NCBI GenBank assembly: GCA_963693365.1
Contig: CAVNZM010000003.1
Location: forward strand, 2,522,408-2,586,407
Source: Amoebidium appalachense
Taxonomy: Eukaryota > Protista > Ichthyosporea
Length of the DNA: 64,000 nt
Direction of reading: 5' to 3'
Shown: positions 26,084 to 45,013 of the stretch, piece after piece
How positions within the stretch are numbered: position 1 is the first letter of the stretch
How the letters are laid out: each line of letters opens with the position of its first letter
Position numbers and translations under genes: made by a program
Notes under the pieces: model-generated
The model's input: the letters and a program-made list of their open reading frames with translations, nothing else
What the model was told of the DNA's origin: nothing
Database searches by the model: none

Positions 26084-26637
26084 AAGGAGGGGGGGCAGGG
26101 GGGGTTAACGTCATGGTCGTCACCTACTATCATCGGGTCTTTCATGCACAGACTTGTTGCTTTAGGCCATTAGGCATACATACGTGCACACTTTGGGGAT
26201 ATTTCACATTCTTAACTAGATATATTACCTGACAGCGCAACATGTAGCTAATAGGAAATACATTCTCATTTCTATTTCTAAAGCCATCTGAATTATCTCA
26301 GACTTAACCTCCTATCCTCCCCCTCCCTCCCTCCCACCTTGCCCCCTTCACCCCCTACGGGGGCATGCAGTGAGCATGAGTACCTATAAAGACCCCCCCC
26401 CCCCCCCCCCCTCCCCCCCCCCCTCCCCCCACCAACCAAAAAAAAAAAAAAAAAAAAAAAAAAAGGAAAAGGAAAAAAAAAGAAAAGAAAAGAAAAAATG
26501 AAGCAAGTTGCAAATATACTCAGTAAGACAACTCCAAAACCCCCGATCCATTACGAGTAAGAAAACATCTATCAAGCAAACAAGCAAACAAACCTAAAAG
26601 AAAGAAAAATAACAGGACAAAACCCCCCCACGACGGC

Positions 26638-32268
<5,631 letters not shown>

Positions 32269-32477
32269 TGCAGCCTGGTACGTTATTGTGACTGTTGCAG
32301 CGTATTGCAGCACCCTCACCATCTCAGAGGGGTTGGACCCGGTCAGGTGCCAAGAGTGGTAGTAGTAACCCCAGCACAATAGGTGGTGGGCGGCACAGCC
32401 GGCTTTACCCTCCTCCAACTCCCGCATTCCGGTTGGTAGGAGACGGGCCAATGAGCTTCCGGGAATTTTCTGCGAAT

Positions 32478-32621
32478 GATTGGATTGGATTAATGTAAGG
32501 ATGTGATTGGTTGATGGTAGAATGTGGTTGGGTTAGACTTTTTTTTACTGAGTTTTATTTCAATTCGAGCATAGTGTTAAATTGTGATTGGTTAAACAAA
32601 CCATAATGAGAATGTGATTGG
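32478..32621 (-). promoter_or_regulatory. Cluster of CCAAT boxes upstream of the minus-strand hypothetical gene
   Basis: Five ATTGG on the plus strand within about 145 bp, three in the context TGTGATTGG (32502, 32583, 32613), i.e. CCAATCACA on the minus strand, matching the NF-Y consensus. Confidence 0.5.
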
Positions 32622-33477
32622 GTGATTAGGTTCATCTGAGAAAATGATCAGTTGATCGGGGGGTTGGGTTACAGGGGGGGAGGGGAAGGGGTTTTAAGGG
32701 GTTGGAGGGAAGGGAAGGGGGGAGGGGGGGGGGGGGGGGGGGGGGAGGAGGGGATGGGTGGCATGTGTTGTGTGTGTTTGAGGTGGGGGAAAGGATGGAG
32801 AACTTGAGAGTTGAATCATCTTTTCAGAGTGTGCGAATGTATATGTGCTTGCATGTGCGGGGGACCATGAGAGAACAAACGGGGTTTGTGCCTGTGTTTG
32901 CACGTTTGGACAGGCTGTGGATGTGGTGGTGGTAGGGAGGGGGGGGGGGGGGGGGGGGGGGGGGAGGTGGCTGGGTTTGGCGGGGGGAGGGTGGGGGAGG
33001 GAGGGGGAGGGGGAGCGGGGTACGTAGTGATGCTGTACTTCTTTTTGGTGTCAAGGGCCTGCATGAACCATGCACCAGTGGATAAGTAAATCCTAAATGA
33101 ATTCCGTTTGGTGTTTGTGTTCAACTTGAGCATGAAGTGATGGGAGATGGGTGTAGCTTCCGAAAATGAAGAGGGTGGAGGCGACGAAGAGAGTGGCATG
33201 AGGAGGGGTACCGGTCAGACAGCCTTTTTCATTTTTTCATTTTTTTTTTCTTATCTTTTTTTTTTTTTTTGGTAGAGAGGGGGGGGGGGGGGAGGGGGAG
33301 GGGGGGGGGGGGGGGGGGAGGGGGGGGGTCCGGTGCATGCCCACCTGATAGAATGTGTGTTTTTGTGCCTTTTGCAGTTGTGTGTGTGCACGGCAAAGTG
33401 TGGGGTTGTTTGTGTTTGTGTTTTCACGATGCCATGTAGAGAGTTGCGCTGTGCAAGCGGGCACGCCGCGCACATAG

Positions 33478-33619
<142 letters not shown>

Positions 33620-33811
33620 CTGCCTGCACATATGTGTTTGTCTATGTGCGCCCGCGTGCTTGTGCACGTGTAGGATTCTTCTTGGGGGAGGGAGGATCTG
33701 TGGGGGAAAGATTGAGTCATGTGTGTTTTTGTGTGTGTTTGTGTGTGAGGGGGGGGGGGGGGGGGGGGGATTGGGGAGAGGGGAAGAGGGGAAGAGGGGA
33801 GAATCTCCTAC

Positions 33812-34132
33812 CTATAAAGCAAGGGGGAGAGCACAAAAGCTTGCTTGCGACTCCTGAAAGTACTGACACTCGTGAAGGGAGGCATCCCGGGCAAGGAGTA
33901 GGTCAAGAAAGAGGGATGACCGATCGACCAATTTGGACTGGATCAAGGGCCTGAAATCCGCTAACACCCCACGTTTCTTTAAGGGTGAGGTCTCGTATTT
34001 GTTGATCAGGATCAGATCGGGCCGATCGAACGAAATTTCGGTGATGGTGGGGTCGTACATGAGCCTCTCTATTCCTTCTCTGCCGACGTTGATGACCATG
34101 GCTATAAATGGGACGAAGGTACCACTGGCCAT
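33812..34132 (-). other. 106-aa ORF in duplicated unit (copy 1) with RLE/PD-(D/E)xK-like motif; possible retroelement relic
   Basis: MASGTFVPFIAMVINVGREGIERLMYDPTITEISFDRPDLILINKYETSPLKKRGVLADF... RPDLILINK...VLADF resembles the RPD-x(n)-D motif of R2/R4/CRE-type endonucleases. Confidence 0.35.
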
Positions 34133-34210
34133 TGTTTGGTCACACACCGTGTACTGTTTTTTCTTTGTGTGTGCGCGCATGCGCGAACACACACATCCAT
34201 GTGTGTGTGT

Positions 34211-34307
<97 letters not shown>

Positions 34308-34768
34308 GGTGTGTGTGCGTGCACACGCGCGTACATTTTTGCGTGCTTGCGTGCGGAGTGAGTGAGTGATTGAGTGCTGTGTGTGTATGTGTGTGTGTGT
34401 AGGTGGGTGTTTCTCTGTGTGTAGGAGTGAGTGAGTGAGCGAGTGAGTGGGTGGGTGGGTGGTTGAGTGAGTGAGTGTGTGAGTGTGTGTGTGTGTGTGT
34501 GTGCGAACCTTCATTAAGAAATTGTGGAAGTGGACTGTGCGTTTGTTTTCACTGACGGTGCGGTTGGCGAGGAGAAGGAGTGGGAAGGAAAGGGGTGTTT
34601 AAAACAGCAATCTAGCAAGTCTCAAAACTCAACGCAGTGCACTACGTCTGATTCGATAGCTTTTGCAGTTGTGTGTGTGCACGGCAAAGTGTGGGGTTGT
34701 TTGTGTTTGTGTTTTCACGATGCCATGTAGAGAGTTGCGCTGTGCAAGCGGGCACGCCGCGCACATAG

Positions 34769-34904
<136 letters not shown>

Positions 34905-35094
34905 CTGCCTGCACATATGTGTTTGTCTATGTGCGCCCGCGTGCTTGTGCACGTGTAGGATTCTTCTTGGGGGAGGGAGGATCTGTGGGGGAAAGATTGA
35001 GTCATGTGTGTTTTTGTGTGTGTTTGTGTGTGAGGGGGGGGGGGGGGGGGGGATTGGGGAGAGGGGAAGAGGGGAAGAGGGGAGAATCTCCTAC

Positions 35095-35415
35095 CTATAA
35101 AGCAAGGGGGAGAGCACAAAAGCTTGCTTGCGACTCCTGAAAGTACTGACACTCGTGAAGGGAGGCATCCCGGGCAAGGAGTAGGTCAAGAAAGAGGGAT
35201 GACCGATCGACCAATTTGGACTGGATCAAGGGCCTGAAATCCGCTAACACCCCACGTTTCTTTAAGGGTGAGGTCTCGTATTTGTTGATCAGGATCAGAT
35301 CGGGCCGATCGAACGAAATTTCGGTGATGGTGGGGTCGTACATGAGCCTCTCTATTCCTTCTCTGCCGACGTTGATGACCATGGCTATAAATGGGACGAA
35401 GGTACCACTGGCCAT
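35095..35415 (-). other. 106-aa ORF in duplicated unit (copy 2)
   Basis: Same translation as 33812-34132. Confidence 0.35.
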
Positions 35416-35480
35416 TGTTTGGTCACACACCGTGTACTGTTTTTTCTTTGTGTGTGCGCGCATGCGCGAACACACACATC

Positions 35481-35590
<110 letters not shown>

Positions 35591-36184
35591 GGTGTGTGTG
35601 CGTGCACACGCGCGTACATTTTTGCGTGCTTGCGTGCGGAGTGAGTGAGTGATTGAGTGCTGTGTGTGTATGTGTGTGTGTGTAGGTGGGTGTTTCTCTG
35701 TGTGTAGGAGTGAGTGAGTGAGCGAGTGAGTGGGTGGGTGGGTGGTTGAGTGAGTGAGTGTGTGAGTGTGTGTGTGTGTGTGTGTGCGAACCTTCATTAA
35801 GAAATTGTGGAAGTGGACTGTGCGTTTGTTTTCACTGACGGTGCGGTTGGCGAGGAGAAGGAGTGGGAAGGAAAGGGGTGTTTAAAACAGCAATCTAGCA
35901 AGTCTCAAAACTCAACGCAGTGCACTACGTCTGATTCGATAGGCCAAAGTAAGTGGTCAATCTAGCCTTACAAGCATGCATTCTTCCTGTGTATACGTAG
36001 TAATGCCACTGATGTGTTCACTAGCCTCTGGATATAGCACTGGCTGTGAAACATACGGATATGTTCAACAAAATGACAATGTGCTTGTGTAGTGGTGGGG
36101 AAGCGGCTGCATGGTGGGATTGTGGGTGGGAGTTGGGTAGAGTGGGGTGGAGGTGGGGTTGTACATGTGAGACGGGTGTGGGGT

Positions 36185-36355
<171 letters not shown>

Positions 36356-37664
36356 TGTGTGTATATGTGTGTTTTGTGGGTGAGTGGGTGGGTGTGAGGT
36401 GGGAGGGAAAGGGGGGGGGGGAAGGGGGATGCGTTTCAATGCATCATGAGCCTCACAACTTCCTATCGTTCTTGTGAATGAAGAAACCAGCACATTCTGC
36501 TTCTCTTTCTATTTTAATTAATCCTTCTCTTCTAAAGCTTTCTGCTTCCCCCCCCCCCCCCCCCCCCCTCTACATCCCCTTAATCGAACGTGTTTCTTAC
36601 CTGCAGTCCCTTAACTAGCTCCCGTTGGAAGTTTCCGTTCCTGGGCGACTTAGCGAATTCCACACCACAACGCGGGTCGTGTTCGTTGCTGTTTCATACT
36701 TGACCTCCCCTGTGTCGTTAACAAAGGTTTTCCAGAAATTCCGAGAAGCAACAACATACTTGAAGACATTGTCTCAAAGTGGTCTTAGCAGTGGTGCCAA
36801 TCGTTTCTCCTATCAAAATCCCGGAAGAGTCTATGCCGTGCACCTCAGGAACAAGGTCGTTGCAGCACTGGTGGTTTGCACACAGTGAATTTGCGTGTCA
36901 CTGCCAGTCATCGTTACTCACAACTGTGTTTATGTAGGGCTGTGCACATGCAAGTTGTGTGCACAGTGCGCCAAGAAAGAGAAGAAAAAGGAGGGCTATA
37001 TCAAAGGCATGTGGCCTGTAGATACTGGTAGTAGAGCCCATGTCTGCTTCATGCAAATGCCCGTGTGAGTTGGGGGGATAACGACGTTGACGTTGTTATT
37101 GAGCAAGTTTTCAGCATGAGCCAAACGTCTATGAGTGCTCCATTCCTGTAGAACCCTTCTTAGAGCTCTCTTAACTTCTATTCAGAATCTTTTTGTGATT
37201 TTTTGTGACCCCTAGCTAGTTGGGGCCGCTGGTATTATGGGCGTGTTAAAACGTCTAGGTGCATGTGCAGGTGGGTATAATTAAATGCTAATGATGTAAT
37301 CTAGTATTTGTTGCCAAACTCTGACTCCCTGTCTGAGCTCGAGGTTGTTCGTGTATGTGTGTATCAAACCTGCTGCACTGGCACTGTTTCAAAGAAGAAT
37401 ACTATACCTCAGCCTACAGCACTAATATTTTTCAAAAGTGTATCTGCAACGACTAGGCCGGACGCACTACAAATAAAGTATGTCGTTTCTTTGTGCCGCC
37501 ATGAAACGACGTCTGAAGTCGGCGATGGCCAAAACGGCCAAAAAAATGTCGAATAGATCTATTGGAGATTTGAAAAGTGCAGTGGTGCTGCTTTAGCCAA
37601 TAGAAATCGTTCTAAGCATCTGCTCGCATTCCTGGCATACCACCGTGTCAGCATTGGTCTTCAG

Positions 37665-37708
37665 CCACGGCCATCTACATGTAGAAACACCTTTCTAGAT
37701 GGCCGTGG
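37665..37708. repeat. Perfect 13-bp inverted repeat
   Basis: CCACGGCCATCTA-N18-TAGATGGCCGTGG. Confidence 0.85.
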
Positions 37709-38626
37709 TCTCAGCTCACCGCCAGCCCTTGCGCACCAGCCAAGCAATAACACGATCGTCATTTTGAATCTCCCTCCGAGTCCCTCGAACCGCGGCGCCA
37801 GTCTCGCTCTACAACCAATCTTCTAGAGGATTCTTGAAGCTGAGAAGTCCACCAGGTTCTAGCGAAGTCTAGAGGAATCCAGAACTGCCGAGAAGAATCT
37901 AGTAGCATCTACAAAGACGCTTGGTTGGACTTCCCGCAAGCAGATTCCCAGGCACGATCACCGTCAGCCGTTTACGCCAATCGCGTGCCGATATTAAAAA
38001 CTTTAAGTCCCACAAGCGGAACGGATCCAAAAGCAATCATGGAGTGTGTACACGGCGTATGTAATCTGATCGGTGTGCTTCAGTCAATTCGCCGGGTACA
38101 TACCGTTTGAAAGATCAGACAGACAGACAGACAGACAAAGCACGTGCTCAGGCCTCGGTTCCGCCCAAGGGCCTCGAGGGGGAAGTAGGGATCTACGCTC
38201 AACCGCTCCGAGCCTACCTGATGAACCGTTGGCAACTTGGCAGAGGCCTCCTACTCTGACAGCTGAACCCCCCCCCCCCGGCTCCTCCCCCAGCCCCTCC
38301 CCTAACTCGTCCCCCCCCTTGCCTCTCCAGCTCCCCCCCATCGCCCTCGAGCTCCGGCCACCATACACACACGTACATAAACACACACACCTTATCATGA
38401 GAGAGGGCCCTGCGGCGAGACTCTGCTTCACCTCGCAACCGCCCCCCACCTTTGGATTCTCCTCTTTCCCCCGGTCCGAATGGCGTTCCGGACGTCCCTC
38501 CTGAACGTTTGCAAGATTTAGCTCTAGCGCATATTCCTGGCACCTTTTCACTCTCGATGTAACCCTGTTTTTCATATGAATTCTGCCCGGAGGCCGATCG
38601 CCGCAATTGCATGGTTTCTTCCTGAA

Positions 38627-38677
<51 letters not shown>

Positions 38678-39736
38678 TCCTGGTTTCGGAATGGCCGTGT
38701 GCGTTGGGGGGACCCGGGGAGTGGTGGGCGGCGGGGGCCCGGGGGGAGCCGGGGGGAGGGGGGAGGGGGCGGGAGGGAGGGGAGGCCTGGGGGGGCCCGG
38801 GGGGAGAGGGGGAGGGGGGAGGGGCAGGTTTGCCGACGGTATTTGCACGTATCATGTGTTTTATACTAGAATATTATAGGTAGTAAGGGGACAAGTGAGA
38901 AACAGACGTATGTATAGGCAAGGCTACGTGCATGACTGAAAGGCGCCTCTAGATTTGGAGGGAATTCGACGGGGTGGGTTTCAGGGGGGGGGGGGGGGGG
39001 GGGGTGGATCTGCATGTTAAAGTATATAGAAGATTTCCAAGGGCCCTGAAGTGTGGCAAGGAGTAGCCGAACTCCAGCAACGGTAATGGATATGCAGGAT
39101 ATGGTTTAAGTGAGTACATACAGGTTTTTGAAACGTTCCATGTGAAAGAAGCTCAAAGTTAGTTGTGAAGGGGAAGGGCCACTTCCGTGGTATCTAGAAC
39201 ATGTGGTGCAACCCAGAAAAGAAAACCAATTCACAAGAGGCTGCATTGACAGAAAGCAGAAAACCCAAAGGGTAAAAGGAAATGAGGGAGGAAAAAAGGG
39301 AAAAGGCGTACGGAGTGTTGAAGGGTTGGGCTACAACTCAAACGGGTGATTTTTTCGGCAAAATCATCTCCGCGTGCAGGTCCAGTGATTCGCTGATGCA
39401 TTTCAATTCCAATAATTCCAAACACTTAGATTGGTTGCTAGCCAAACATTTATCTATATAAGGTTATTGCCCACGGTTCTATTTTGATCCCTCCGTGTGG
39501 TTGGATCAACACGCACCCTGTGGATATGTAAATCACGCAGGCATGTTGGCGTTCCAGAATGATGTAAGCATTTTCTGAAGGTGACATAACTCACTCGCGA
39601 ACCCGCCCCCATTGTGTATGAAGTCGTATGCAGTTTTTCTCCGGAGTATGTAACATTCAGATTTGGAGCCATTATTTATATTTTCTAGTAACAAGGGTGA
39701 CAGTTTTAGAGAGTGTGTTATAAAGCAACATAGAAA

Positions 39737-40300
39737 ATGGAGGCCGCTCAAGCACCCGCGCAACCCAAGCAATTCTCCAACCCATGGATTGTGAGCGCCT
39801 GGGCCACACTAAGCACCATCGGTAGGTGCCTATGGATTTGCGCTTCTCGTTTGCTGACATATACCCACTGTTTCCTGCGTTCGTGCGTGTGCGTGTGCGT
39901 GTGCGTGTGCGTGTGCGTGTGCGTGTGCGTGTGGACCCTTGTGTGCTAGTGTTCTGTGCATGTGTACTTGCATGTCTGTGTGTGTTGTGTTTCATCTTGT
40001 GTGTGCTGCCAGGTGTGCCTACGGGATTGCATGTGCTTGTATTGAAGTACACACCCTCTTTTCAGACTTCCCCGCGTGTTCTTCGTTCCCATTATTTTTT
40101 TCCACTCTATGTTCATGTCTGCTTGAAGAACTGTACATTTCTTCATCCTGGATAGGCTCGAGGACTTGTCTTACTCTCTTGCATGCATGTCTCTTGCATG
40201 CACGCATGCATGAATTGCTTGCATGTCTCTTGCATGCACTTTCTCAGCTGAAAACTAAATTTCCGAAATGGGAAGGGACCGTTCTCCCCCCCCCCCCCCC

Positions 40301-40331
<31 letters not shown>

Positions 40332-40851
40332 TTCCCCCATGTCCCCCCACTCGGGCGCGTCTTCTCAACACAAACGCTCTCTTATGCACATGTGTGCGCG
40401 CACACACATACACACACGTGCAGGTAGGGTTGGGAAGGGTGAACGACGTTTCTCTTATGACGCCTGTGCTTGACAATGGTTTGGGAGGAATAGAGAATGA
40501 AGGTGCTTTTGTTTTTTTGTGGGTATGTGGAGTTTTTTTTTGTATATATGTGTGTGCGTTTTGGAGGGGGGAGAAAGGGGGGGGGGGGGGGGGAGGGAGG
40601 GGGGGAAGGGTCTCAACTGCTCTACTACGGAAAATGTGAATTTTCCCTTCTCGGTGTTCAGGAAGTGCCGGTTTTTTGCCTTGCATAGGAGAGACCCCAC
40701 GTTGCACTCTTTCGCCTGCTGATGTTTATGGCCTCACACAGGGCTGCTTCTGTGTGGCATCTTCACGATTCTTTCGTTTAGCCCAACGTGTTGGTTTGTC
40801 GGCATCTACACCATGTAGGTTCCCCCCTCGGTCCCAGGACTATCTCCACCG

Positions 40852-40907
<56 letters not shown>

Positions 40908-41656
40908 ACACACACACACACTCACACACACACACACACATACACAAATACGTACAAACACACGTACAAACACAGGCACAATACATACACATTTAGCACA
41001 AACCAGTCACTACCATCAACCATCATCACAACACAAGCAACCACCGATGAGCCACACCAGCTGAACACTTAAACGTAAAGAGGCACAGCGTACAAACACA
41101 GGCACCGGAACATGCATGCAGACGTGTGGCTGTGGGCCCCCCTCCTCTCCCTTCCTCCCCCCTTCCTCCCCTCTCCCCCCCCCCCCCCCCCCGGATGATT
41201 TTTTCGGTTTCGTCTGTTGTGTTTTTGCTTACCTGGGTGCCACTCTCCCATGCACACATATCCCCCCCTCCCCCCCCCCCCCCCCCCCCCTCCCCTTCCA
41301 CTCTCTCTTCTCTCCCCCCCCTTCCCCCCCCCCCCCCCCCCAACACGCACACACACACTCCCCCCTGCCCCCCCACCCCACCACCACCACCACCACCCTC
41401 CCCCCCACCTCCCTCCTCCTAAGTGATTGGCTCTACTTTTGATGTATACAGTTTTTGTTGTGTTGTGTTGTCCGTCTCGAAACGGCATTTCGTATTCCGT
41501 GATGTTTTAAATTTTCCAAACTCCCACTCCCATTTCTCTGCACACACACGCACACACATGGCCATGCACACAGAAACACACAATTACCCACACCCACGTT
41601 CACCACCCACACACACTCGATTGCTTGTGCGCGCCCGTGCGAACCCTCACACACTC

Positions 41657-41741
<85 letters not shown>

Positions 41742-43479
41742 ACACACGTGCTTCTTGTGTGCAAGTTTCTTGGGGTGTGTCTGGGTTATGTCAACGTTTT
41801 GTTTTTTGTTTTTATCTGTGGCCATAACTTCTTCCCTTTACCTCCCTTCTTTTTTTTTCCATTGTTGATTTCTCTTCACCCTCGAATGCGCATCCCCCCC
41901 CCCCCCCCCCCCCCCCCCCCCATCATTCCATCTTCCCTTTATCTCCTCCCTCCCCCCCCCTCCCCCCCCCCCCCCCCCCCCCTCTCCAATGTACACAATC
42001 CCCCCGTCTCTCTCTCTCTCTCCCCCCCCCCCCCCCCCCCCCCCCTCTTTTGCCTGCTATGCTCGAGTGGTAAAACTCGACTCCCGCTGTGTAGTTAGAA
42101 GCGTAGACACCCCCCCCCCCCCCCCCCCCCCCCGATCATTCCATCTTCCCTTTATCTCCCTCCCTCCCCCTCCCCCCCCCCCCCCTCCCCCCCCCCCCCC
42201 CCTCTCCAATGTACACAATCCCCCCGTCTCTCTCTCTCCCCCCCCCCCCCCCCCCCCTCTTTTGCCTGCTATGCTCGAGTGGTAAAACTCGACTCCCGCT
42301 GTGTAGTTAGAAGCGTAGACACCCCCCCCCCCCCCCCCCCCCCCCCCCCGAATGAGGGCCTACGACGGCCAAGTATCACCTGCCTACATGTCCTGGTTCT
42401 TTCTGCATTTTTCTTCTTTGTGCTTTTTTCCTCAGTGTTTTTGCTTCTGTGATTGCTACCTTTCGATGCATACCCCCCCCCCCCCCCCCCCCCCCCCCCT
42501 TTCGCATATACTACATTTCCCCTGCCCCCTCCCTCTCCCCCGGCCCGCCGGAGGATGGGCTCTGCTTTATTGTGCATGATTTTTTCATGTGTGGTTTGCA
42601 CCTTGCATTATTATGTCCGTTAGGAATGTGTCCCTCGTACTCTATGACACCTTCTAACCACTCCCCCCGCCCTCCCTTCCCCTTACTTTGCCCCCTGACT
42701 TCCTCCCCCCTCCACCCTTAAGGACGGGCTCTTTCTAAGAAGTACCACACTCTTTGTGTGCGTTGCAAAATGTTTATGTTGTCCGTCGTGGATGTATCTC
42801 GGACTTTATAACACCTTCTAACCCTACCTTCCCCCCTCCCCCCCCCCAGCCCCGTCTCCTGAGTTCCTATCTATATTTTTCTTGCTTCTGCTTACTGCTG
42901 CAACTTTAACCCCCGGCCTTTCCCACTGCCCTTGCCTGCATAAGCAACCCTGCTCGTCTCTGATCAAGACGGGTGACCTACTCATGTTCAAGTGAAACAG
43001 TATCTGAGTTGGGTTTCGTTAACGAGGGGAATAGGTCGAAACTCGGGTACTGTGGATGACGTGGGCCCCCCCTGAGGATGGGCTCTGCTTATTATGCATA
43101 CTCTTTATGTATGGCTTGCATTCTGCATCGTGTTATCCGTTTGTTCTTGTGTACTTCGTACTTTTTGACGCTTTCAAAACCCCCCCCCCCCCCCCCCCCC
43201 CGCTAACTCATTCTACCCCCCTCCCCCTTTCCCCTCCTAATTCCTCATACTCTGCAAACACATTGTAACCCGGCCTCCCTCCCCCTCGCCCCCTTCGCCT
43301 TTCCCCTACAACTCATTCCAACCCCCCCCCCCGCCCCCCTCCCTCTCCTCTCCCCCTTCCCCCCCTCCCCCTTACTTCGTACTCTTTCAACACATTCTAA
43401 CCTCTCCCCCTCGCCCCCTCTCAAACTCAATCTAACCCCCCCCCCCCCCCCCCCCCCCCTTCTCCTCCCCTCCCCCCCC

Positions 43480-43512
<33 letters not shown>

Positions 43513-43835
43513 TGTGCAGCTGTGTAGCCATCGTGACAGCTGTGATGGAGGCACCCCTCATCTGGCGGCTGACCCCCCTCACGCAGAAGCTCAACGGCAT
43601 GACGGCAAACCTCAAATACTGGCACAAGGGCCTCATGTACTTCATGTAGGTCCTTTCTCGCTCTTTCTGGTCCCTTCTGTTTCTTTCGGGTCTTTTCTGG
43701 GCTATTTCCACTGTCGTTCTCCTCGTCCTCCCCCCCCCCCCCCCCCCCCCCCAGCCCCCCAACACACACATACACACAAAGACGCACACACACAATCACA
43801 TACACACATAGATGCATTCACATACACACACATAC

Positions 43836-43911
<76 letters not shown>

Positions 43912-44573
43912 ATTTTTTGTCGTGCCTCATTTGCCTCTTCTCCCCCCCCCCCCCCCCCCCCCCCCTTCCCCCGGCCAAACACACACACACACACACACAC
44001 GCACTTACACACACCCCTCCCCCTCCCACGCCGTGCCCTTGAGGCCTTCTAAAGATAGGTTCTATTTATGTTGGCTGCTTGCGTGTATGCTTTTGTTTAC
44101 CATTATATGCATCCTACTCCATGTTTCTCGTCGTGTAGCTGTACTTCTTTCGTACCGTGTTCCACGTTCTAACCCCCCCCCCCCCCCAAACTCACTTCCC
44201 CATATCGAGGGCCTTGTAACAAGGGTGGATTCCTGGTGTTGCTAATCTATTCTGTACCTGCAGAGCATCTTCTCCCCTCATTGTGTTTATGGTGATGCTT
44301 ATTTATGCCACTGTGCCTTTATGTGAGAGTGTAAAGGCATTACCATCTACCACTTCTCCCCCCCCCCCCCCCCCCCCCCATACACACACACACACACACA
44401 CACACACCCATCCAAATATAACCTACCCACACAACATTTGAGCCCGTCGACTTTTCCCATGATCAGCCCCACTTGTTTTTTTTTTTTTTCGTTTTTTTTT
44501 AACCCAATTTTCACCCGCACAATCATGCCTTGTTTTTTTGTCAGAGCAGTAAATCTTGCTGTCTTCCTCCTCC

Positions 44574-44621
<48 letters not shown>

Positions 44622-44807
44622 CCTTTTGCAGGTGTTTGTTTCATTGCATAGCAATGTTTGGCGAGTTTGAACTGCCTTCCTGTCTGGTTTGCAAACGGGC
44701 ACTGCTTACCTATGAACCTATGAGGCATCTCGTCTCGTGTCCGTTCTACATGGCGTCATGGTGTTTCCCTTCGTAGCATCACTCTCCCCCCTTCCCCTCC
44801 CCCACCC

Positions 44808-44843
<36 letters not shown>

Positions 44844-44945
44844 CGGCCCCGGCCCCGGAGTCACACACGCTGGCCCATTCTAGTATCTGTTCTGGCTAAC
44901 ACCCTCCTCCCCCTATTCCTCCCCCCCCCCACACAACCACCACTA

Positions 44946-45013
<68 letters not shown>

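Noticed and set aside
38039-38095. ATG 38039 (MECVHGVCNLIGVLQSIRR) as first exon of the Flower gene
   Set aside because: Its donor is phase 0 while exon 2 needs phase 1; 39737-39821 fits both phase and family pattern.
43030-43052. AGGTCGAAACTCGGGTACTG resembles part of 7SL/SRP RNA
   Set aside because: The SRP helix 8 motif and Alu-domain 5' end are absent, and the match is not kept in copy B.
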